Source of the DNA: Sphaeroforma arctica JP610
Taxonomy: Eukaryota
Assembly: GCF_001186125.1 (NCBI RefSeq)
Contig: NW_014040387.1
Span: 52,264 to 72,263, forward strand
Reading direction: 5' to 3'
Length of the DNA stretch: 20,000 nucleotides
Shown: one piece after another, positions 12,101-20,000 of the stretch
Layout of the letters: the number at the start of each line of letters is the position of its first letter
Numbering within the stretch: position 1 is the first letter of the stretch
Notes under the pieces: generated by a model
Seen by the model: the letters and a program-made list of their open reading frames with translations, nothing else
Database searches by the model: none
Told to the model about the DNA's origin: nothing
Translations under genes and position numbers: made by a program

Positions 12101-13216
12101 CGCTTTATTTGAGTACATCGTAATATTTATGATTATTTGCGCGTGTACACGACTCTAGTAGTATATAAATTAATAGCCGTGCTTATACATCCGGGTGTAT
12201 TTGCCTCAGAAACATCGGCAGCATATTGTGAAGGCATGTATATTCATATATGTCGTATATTTGTGTAGATACCACAAGACAGACGGTTTTAATAAATAAA
12301 TAAAATCTAAGTAGACGTACAAATACAAGGCTCTACGTTGGATGACACGGATCACTGCCATGGGTTCAAAAGAGGCACAAATTTAAACTCTTAACTAGTC
12401 AGCGGCGATAATTTCACAGGAAGCCACACTCATGATTGAAATATAAAAACAACGAATCGCCATGTCGTCATATCACCACAACCCTGTCTTACAAGAGGCT
12501 TACGATGTATATTGCAAATCGCGACAATACCTCACTCAAACTCTGTAATAGCAAGCGACTACTAAATATGGCATCAATATCTTATAGTGTCTTGTTACAT
12601 AAATCCATGTACATTATCGACGGAGAGTTTCATGTGAACAATATTACAGCAGGAAATCTCCTTAAATAAATTGGATATGTAAAGCTGTTTGCCCTTATAC
12701 TTTCAATGGCGGGTTTTGGAAGCTCTGGGTGGGGCCATAGTCATTGTGATAGCATTCATACATGCCGAGCAATAATTAATTATTCCGTTTATGATGAAAC
12801 GCGATGATCGTAGGGGCTGCTGACAATAAATAATGGGAGTCGATTTTAATGCTAATGTACAGGAAGAGCGCATCAAAGATATCGATAAATTGACAGATTA
12901 CTTTTTACAACGCAGTCCCATTAGCGAGGCCAAGAAAATACATTCCACAAGAAGGCGCATTCGGAGAGCTTCTTCACTATCAAATTTGATATATCAAGGC
13001 GAAAAACGCTTTGCAGCGCGCTACACTAAGCGACAGAAAAAAAATTACATGTGAACAAATACACAATGTAATCTGGAATTTTTTTTTATCACTATATATT
13101 TATCATTTGTACAAATATACAGACAAATTAAGAACTTATGATATGATCAGTAATACCTTTTCTAGACATCTTTTACCATTCACAGACTAAAAAGCTTTAT
13201 TATTCAACTGGAACAA

Positions 13217-13810
13217 GAATACACGTCCGGTGCACCAAATATCACAGTTTCAGCCTACATCGTTTCATACGGCAAAGAGTAAAATATGGCTATCACCAGA
13301 TGAAGATAGATATACCACAGAGGAAATGCTTCACGTTTATCTGGGTGGACAACTGTACTCACCTAACCGTTTGGTACACACATGTTATCATCGTTCTTCC
13401 AACAAATCATGGACAACGTACAAGTGTAAATAGATAACATAATCACAAAGACCCAAGAGGAACATGACAGAGTTGTGGAAGAGGTCTTGGCAAGACTGAG
13501 CAAACAGAACTTCAAAACCAACGACAAGAAATGTCATTTCAGATAGCGAACTGCAGCTATTAGGGTATCGTGTATTTGGTGAGTGAATCATGATGGATCT
13601 GGAAAGGGTAGAGCACTTACAGGGCTACAAGAAAACACATGCCACTGGAAAGGATGTGAACAGCATACGCGGGCTCGTCAACTTCCTGTCGAACGGAGTT
13701 CCCCACCTAACAAGTTACCTTAGGCCTTTTGGACTTGTACGATGTCCCAAAGTTATAAACCAAGGCCTGTGACGATGCCTCTGTACAGTTCAATGAGTGG
13801 TTCAACAAGA
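13217..13810 (+). pseudogene. pol: Reverse transcriptase, element B
   Basis: GYHQMKIDIPQRKCFTFIW (13288), FQQIMDNVQV*IDNII (decayed YIDD at 13427), EEHDRVVEEVLARL...KKCHF, LLGYRV, DLERV, TGKDVNSIRGLVNFL...VPHL. Confidence 0.92.
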
Positions 13811-13814
13811 ACCG

Positions 13815-14127
13815 AAGCCACCAAGAGACGGAGTACCGTTCATAGGAGCAACAGACGGATCGGATATCGCTCTCGGATTGTTCTGTATCGAATGATTGAC
13901 GAAAAACCAGGATACATGCAGTTTTTTTAGCAGGGACATGAACCCGTTGCAAATCAACTCTCCAACTGTTCATTCTACCGTAACAACACACATACACGTT
14001 TTTAAGTATTATGCAATCAGAAAACATTGCAACGTATAGGATATAAAGCCAACTCACAATTGGTTAGTCGGTGGCATAATACGATATTCCTGGTATGAAA
14101 AATCACCTACCGGATACGTTGTCACGC
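13815..14127 (+). pseudogene. Gypsy-type RNase H, element B (internally deleted)
   Basis: KPPRDGVPFIGATDGSDIALG-IVLY...QFF-SR at the N-terminus; IPGMKNHLPDTLSR (14086-14127) at the C-terminus. Confidence 0.85.
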
Positions 14128-14169
14128 TTTGTACCAGAATTCAATCAGATGGCGCTAGCTACTAGCTAC

Positions 14170-14560
14170 GGATTGAAATGCCGATCTTAGATGATTTTAA
14201 AATCGCAGACAACATATATGGTCCACATACCATAGATATGTTTGCAGCTCATCAAAATGTACGACTGCCGCGATACCGAACTCTGGAACATCTAGAAGGT
14301 GATGCGGTTCAAATTGACTTAACTAATGAGAACATTTGGGTAAAACCACCATGCTTGTCGATACCGCAGTTGCTAAATTATGTTCGTATACTGGATGCTA
14401 CCTTCATGTTTTTTGAATGAATGGCTCAAGTAGTCGATCTTTATGATTGAATGCGAGCTAATCTATGTGGATAGAAAATGCTTTCCTCTACCAGGATACC
14501 GTTCAGTCGAGAAGACGCCATAGCGACATACTACGTTCTACAAGAAGATACGTTGAGACT
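14170..14560 (+). pseudogene. DNA N6-adenine methyltransferase domain (DIRS/Dam-like)
   Basis: FKIADNIYGPHTIDMFAAHQNVRLPRY...DAVQIDLTNENIWVKPPCLSIPQLL...ATFMFFE*MAQ matches the DIRS MT pattern WGPxxIDxFAxxxNxxLPRY...DAxxxxW...NPP(F/W)xxIPxxL...PxWxxQ. Confidence 0.85.
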
Positions 14561-14783
14561 AGGAAGCTATTGCTTACGAAGCATAGGCTCGTCTATTTAA
14601 GAAACTGATGAACTACTTCCCATATGTATACAAACATGTTAATCCGCTCATGAACATAACTAATATCAGTCGTCTACATACCTTCGTGCCTTCACGCGAA
14701 TATGGACTAGAAGAGTCTTCAAGTCCAGATAATGTTGCAGTGGGATGATCACATCTTGATTTGATATAGAATCAACCGAGACA

Positions 14784-15690
14784 GCTATTCTGAAATGGTT
14801 AAGACATAAATATGCTCTTAAACATATGGATAAGGCAAAACCCGAGGAAGATTGTTAACGACACGGGGTTAAACACTCAAATTTAGAGCAGTTTATACCT
14901 CAAGTGTATCACGAATGCAATGACTGCGAAATTGATCGAATCAAACTCTACGGGCACGTAACGATGCAAAGTGTATCTGAAGACGAGCCGTGACGCTGGG
15001 TTATCATTGATTTTGTTGAGCTGCCCATGTCCAAACACACGAAAGATAAGATAACGTGCTGTATCGAGAGATAGATCAACTCAAACTGTGACCGAGAGCA
15101 TTTATAAGTGATTCGCAGATGTCGGCTGGCCAGCTAAGGTGTACACTATCAACAGTAGTGAACTGTTCCTCATTGTAGGCATATGCCACAAAAGGGATGT
15201 ACCTAAGCCTCAGATACAAGGTGCTAATGAGGTTAGACACAGAAAGATGAAGGAGTATATGCGAGGAGCGGTACTTGATGGTGCATGGTGCTGACATGTG
15301 CTCAATTAACTCGGTACAAAAACAAATGAACGAGACATCGGACTTTGTCACTGATACAGCGCCCGCTCACTATTTCTGGGGCCGTTGTAGTATATTACAT
15401 GTATATTCTAGTAAGGAATCTCAGGAAGATCATGTGTTACTATGATTAATGAAGACGCGTAGAATCAGTCATGTAGTCTTTCCTTGTTTGAGAGATGAAT
15501 CATATCGCTCTGTAAAAGAGACAGAAGCGATGGAACAATACAAAGAAAATTTGAGTTTGAGGTTAAGGATATAGTCAACATCATGGATCGCAATTTCAAC
15601 ACGACTATGCTTACTGCTAAGTATATTGGGCCGTTCACAATTTCTGTGGCCGATACAACGAGCGGAATGTATGAGAATAATATCGCTGAT
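14784..15690 (+). pseudogene. Retroviral-type integrase (zinc finger, DDE core, GPF module), element B
   Basis: KH...ECNDC (14916-14927); EP*RWVIIDFVELP (D at 15009); FADVGWPAKVYTINSSELF; GICH...KPQIQGANEVRHRKMKEY; QMNET...TDTAPAHYFWGR; FEVKDIV...LTAKYIGPFTI (GPF at 15628-15636). Confidence 0.9.
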
Positions 15691-15779
15691 GGCTCGAGTG
15701 CCTTAAGTACCGGCTCTCCTCGCATACTGACGACAAAGTTCATCCTTCGTCGCATATGCGAGTCTACTGCACTTCATCT

Positions 15780-16680
15780 GTTTTACAAGCTCAAATATAT
15801 TATTGGAAAGTACAAACATGGTGAACTGCATGCTACACAACGGAGTTTACAGATGGGGCACAATCCGATATTATTTTATACATTGTTTCTTTCCAGGATC
15901 AACTTTTACCTTTGCCGCAAACACTTTGAAGCCAAGCTCAGTACTCAGGTAGAAGCGGTAGTATATTTTTAAGCACGGATCGCAGGTCACCGTAAGCGTT
16001 GATGTCATTTTTCACTTCTTTAGAGAGGTTAACTCCTATAGTGTCCATCACCTGGTATATCAACAGATATTTGCCAGTGTAAATATGTGTGACCTTCCAT
16101 CTTACGATTCCTACGCGTCATATGAGCAACTGCACCTCGTGTGATGGTATAAATAGCGAATGACTCACGAGACTCAAAAAGTTTCTATCTCGCGTATCGT
16201 CAAAGGAAGCATTCAGAATAGTTTTACGTGACTGGTTCCACACAGGGGAATGTCTTTCAAATAGGCTCATGAGCTGACCGTATAGTGTGCCATTTATAAG
16301 GCTCGCATAAATGTATGAGATCATTCATAATCTGCTTATCCTTAAGGTTGGTTGATTCTTCAAGTTGCTCAAATGCAGTGTTTCCAGTGCACTCTCGTTA
16401 GTTGAAAAATCGACCTAAGCTTTAGCAATTTCGAGCAACTAAATAAAGCTTGGCTCAGTGTGTTCTCGCAGCACACACTCAGTGATACGCGGTGCTTGTT
16501 CTAGATCAGATTCAATTATCTTTCACTTTGTATCAATGAGGTAGCGAATATTACTCACTTGCTGTTCATTGAGATCCAAGTCAATCAAGGGACGTTTCTC
16601 TAACACTTGCATATCCGTACGTAGGCATCCGAGCTCTCACTATATTGTTCTCAATGCTAGAATGGCTACTCTCTAGTGAG
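15780..16680 (-). pseudogene. Decayed ORF with C-terminal OTU-like cysteine protease motif
   Basis: SVDIPGDGHY [frameshift] GVNLSKEVKNDINAYGDLRSVLKNI at 16067-15963 aligns with the OTU pattern GDGNCxxxAxSxxxxxDxxxHxxxR. Preceded by ~200 codons of stop-interrupted protein-like sequence. Confidence 0.5.
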
Positions 16681-17071
16681 GGTATGATATAGGTATTGCC
16701 AAAGTATCCTCACTTCATACATACCCTGCGACGTCCACAGAACAATCATACCTTTAACCTTGTACGCTTTATCCTACTTGTTACCTTCCTTAGACAGTAA
16801 CCTCCACACCATATGCCCAGGTTCCCAGATCGGTGCTGGTCTTCTATGCTGATCTGCTGCCTACAACTGCGCTCCCTTTGCAACCTCATCCGATATCGCA
16901 ACAGTTCAATCGCGCACTGTAGCTTCACTAAGCAAATGCATATCCAACACATCCAACAATCTCGCCCGTACAACCACGTCTAATTGCGAAGTATACTGTC
17001 TGCCCGTCAAATGATAATATGGACTCACACCAGTGGCCTAACTCACAGTAGCATTATATGCAAGCACTACG

Positions 17072-17073
<2 letters not shown>

Positions 17074-17108
<35 letters not shown>
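17074..17108. repeat. (TA)n microsatellite running into the assembly gap
   Basis: Directly visible. Confidence 0.99.
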
Positions 17109-17573
17109 NNNNNNNNNNNNNNNNNNNNNNNNNNNNNNNNNNNNNNNNNNNNNNNNNNNNNNNNNNNNNNNNNNNNNNNNNNNNNNNNNNNNNNNNNNNN
17201 NNNNNNNNNNNNNNNNNNNNNNNNNNNNNNNNNNNNNNNNNNNNNNNNNNNNNNNNNNNNNNNNNNNNNNNNNNNNNNNNNNNNNNNNNNNNNNNNNNNN
17301 NNNNNNNNNNNNNNNNNNNNNNNNNNNNNNNNNNNNNNNNNNNNNNNNNNNNNNNNNNNNNNNNNNNNNNNNNNNNNNNNNNNNNNNNNNNNNNNNNNNN
17401 NNNNNNNNNNNNNNNNNNNNNNNNNNNNNNNNNNNNNNNNNNNNNNNNNNNNNNNNNNNNNNNNNNNNNNNNNNNNNNNNNNNNNNNNNNNNNNNNNNNN
17501 NNNNNNNNNNNNNNNNNNNNNNNNNNNNNNNNNNNNNNNNNNNNNNNNNNNNNNNNNNNNNNNNNNNNNNNNN
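17109..17573. other. Assembly gap (465 N)
   Basis: Run of N characters. Confidence 1.
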
Positions 17574-17623
17574 TTCGTATCCCACAGGTAGACTCTCCGT
17601 TAGCTAATTTACGATAGTGCAAA

Positions 17624-18118
17624 TTACCTGTTCCGCTCTGCCATTTCCGTGATGCCTATGTGATTAACCAATACATAGTGACACTCTGCACCCATACTTG
17701 TCCAAAAACTCGGCATCTCATCCGACGCAAAAGGACATCCTTGAGCCATTACTACACTCTGCGGCGTACCCCAAGGTAACACCTGCTGCAGCACAAATTG
17801 CAAAACAGACTTACTATTCTCCTCATTCGACATATAGGGGCGGCACCATACCATACGCGAAAAATTGTCTCTAGCCACAACAACATCTTCGAAACCATGA
17901 ACTGCCTTAGGCAGGGATAAATGATCACAATCAGGTTGCATGAGCAAGCCTACCGTACCATACAATTTGGTAACATACTGACACGTTGTAACTGGCAATA
18001 CAGCTGTGGTCCCAGCTGACACTGCCGCCGCCGCTGCATGCGTAGCTTGCTTCATAGGACAATGCTTAGCAGAATGCTTTATCGTGCTACACGCATGACA
18101 TACCATCTCCTGCAACAC
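17624..18118 (-). pseudogene. In-frame CCHC zinc knuckle / integrase core fusion ORF (164 aa)
   Basis: The ORF track shows CX2CX4HX4C, then TCQYVTK...GLLMQP and the rve core. The second catalytic Asp appears replaced (MAQG for xDQG). Confidence 0.85.
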
Positions 18119-19962
18119 AGGACACTACACACGCACAAAACGTCCTGGTTCTTTACAAAAGTTACATGCACCTTGCAGACCGCTAGTACCACCAAATGCT
18201 GCAGTCGCTATTTTCTTTACAGCGTCAGCCTGAAAATAGTTATGCTTTGTCTCCATACGCACCTGATGCCTCTTGTTAGCCTGCTCCCTCTCAAGCTGTA
18301 ACACTCATGTATCTTCTCTCATGCATATTAACAACTGCTCCAATGCATCAACTAAACCTCCACTTGTCTCAAGCAAGTTCAAGACCATATTTTCGACTGC
18401 TTTACTTCCATCAAACAATGCCTTCAGAAAACTCAACGTACGCGCAGACAGACCTGTCAAATTATCTAACACCACACCCTCTCTCTAGCCTCTGCATCAC
18501 CAACCAAAGCCAATATTGAATAAAACTAATCATCATCTCTTATAAGCGGCACGAGCCATCTAGCTTCATACTGACACGCCTTTTTAAAATAAATTTTGTT
18601 CAATCTGTTTCACCAACGCTTTATACCGCTACTTCGACACTTTTAAAGCCTCTTTAGCTGCTTTTTGTGCTTTTTATTGCTCTCCGTCTTTAACTCGCAA
18701 CTATGTGCCTCTTGCACACTTTTGTCGTTAGACTCTATTTCTTCAAACGTATCTCTCTCCTCAATCGCATTCTTAGCTTCATTCACTGCTATAATATTTC
18801 GTGCACCATTCTACTTCAATTCTCTAAAAGCGAGATAATTTTGTCTTGTTTTTTTTCCCGCGAGCTACAACCAATTGACTGAAAAAGAAAAACAGCTTGC
18901 GACTCCCCAACTTCAAAAAAGTCCTTGAACATCGAGTACAAAGCTGCTGATGCCATTTGAAATAATGTCCTTAGGCTTGATCCCAAAAAATTGCATAAAG
19001 GCCTCTAATTCGGATCTAGTCTCAGGCGTGGTTACCTCACACAAAAGCAACACTGCTGGTCACAACCCTCCCTGTTGGAGTACAGTCTCATACGTCTTAG
19101 TCCTCTGCACTAACACTCAATGCTCTATTAAAACAGTCATAGGCGTCCCCCCTACATGTCTCCACAATAGTCCAAACGATTTCTCCGCTACACATACGAC
19201 AGTTTCCACTAACGTTTAGTTGTCATATCAAAGTCTGACAAAACTCAGGAATTTATTTTATAATAATAGTTGACTAAACGATTATTCTAGGAGACTAAAA
19301 TTCAAGTCAAAAGTATCATACCCATATACAAGCTCATCCTGATCTAGAAACTCCTATCTCTCAACCATCTTCTGCCTACCTGATACTAATCATTACACAC
19401 TAAAGCCTCTATTACTTATATACATTCACGTAAAATTTCTTTCAATAAAGATCATCTAATACAAAGAGGAAAAAGTTAAAATATGATGGCTGAGTTGACA
19501 CAGTTTCTGGGTTTACCCCCAATACAAATATCAAAGCTTTCACGCATGCCGTCAGTATCTTGAGATCACACCTTATGTTGTGCGCTGTAGGAAACTTTAC
19601 ACGTCTGTTCGGCCTGAGAGTCAACTGGCTCTCCTTCAGCTTCCGCACCCTCAGCCTGTATCCCATAGTAGCATACACGGAGGTAAAGTGTGTTGTGGTA
19701 GAAGAGTGCCAGCAAACTACGCTATTTGTAGTAAAAGTTTGTTGTTCTTCTATGTGCCGTTTGTATGTTTACTAATTACAAGATTCTTAATATGCTTGAT
19801 AGTATAAATCAGGGACGCAAACCTAGCAATGTGACTGGCCAGGGATCAACAACCGAAGTACAGCAATAAGGCAATTCAGAAATCCTCTGGCACAATCAGA
19901 TTTGCAATAGCTTTCGGTTTCGTATGCAAAAAAATCGATATAGATACCCAATAGTAATAAAC

Positions 19963-19969
19963 TATACAT

Positions 19970-20000
<31 letters not shown>
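19963..20000. repeat. (TACA)n/(TA)n microsatellite at window end
   Basis: tatacatatacatacatatatata... directly visible. Confidence 0.98.

Larger units (their letters stand above)
13217..15690 (+). mobile_element. Degenerate, 5'-truncated Ty3/Gypsy pol (element B): RT-RNase H-adenine methyltransferase-integrase-GPF
   Basis: Collinear plus-strand motifs for every domain (see sub-features). No gag, protease or LTR recognised upstream. Confidence 0.9.
16700..18560 (-). mobile_element. Degenerate Gypsy-like retroelement (element C): gag zinc knuckles joined to integrase; PR/RT/RNase H absent
   Basis: CNFCKEPGRFVRV*C and CHACSTIKHSAKHC knuckles; integrase DHLSLP...VVARDNFSR...WGTPQSVVMAQGCPF...AERNR; after the gap VVLAYNATVS*ATGVSPYYHLTGR; then WEPGHMVW...NK*DKAY...GMYEV tail. 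Outer limits are approximate. Confidence 0.85.

Noticed and set aside
13217..15690. Element B as an ordinary DIRS element
   Set aside because: RT thumb and RNase H motifs are Gypsy-like, the MT is followed by a zinc-finger/DDE integrase with GPF, and no tyrosine recombinase motif was seen.
15690..15972. C-terminal part of ORF 15583-15972 as an integrase extension or chromodomain
   Set aside because: No chromodomain aromatic pattern; better explained as read-through into the antisense of the OTU-like relic.
1000..16100. RIP-like hypermutation suggested by frequent inferred TGG-to-TGA and other G-to-A changes
   Set aside because: No consistent dinucleotide context could be shown without a consensus; indels and transversions are also common, consistent with neutral decay.
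16984..17622. Four long ORFs spanning the N run (YIYIYI...XXX)
   Set aside because: Artefacts of the TA microsatellite and the assembly gap.

Overview
AT-rich, eukaryote-like repeat graveyard with no intact host gene, RNA gene or CRISPR array, and one assembly gap (17109-17573). Manual translation across stops and frameshifts shows three decayed Ty3/Gypsy-type retroelements. Element A (minus, ~755-4513, possibly extending to ~6950) has gag, protease, RT and RNase H, then jumps to the GPY/F tail, so the integrase core is deleted. Element B (plus, ~13217-15690) reads RT - RNase H - DIRS/Dam-like N6-adenine methyltransferase - HHCC/DDE integrase - GPF. Element C (minus, ~16700-18560) has gag zinc knuckles fused in frame to an integrase that is split by a (TA)n tract and the gap. 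Between B and C lies a decayed minus-strand ORF ending in an OTU-protease-like motif. The most notable signal is the adenine methyltransferase domain inside a DDE-integrase Gypsy pol. All calls rest on motif recognition by eye; no searches were run and no LTR pairs were found.
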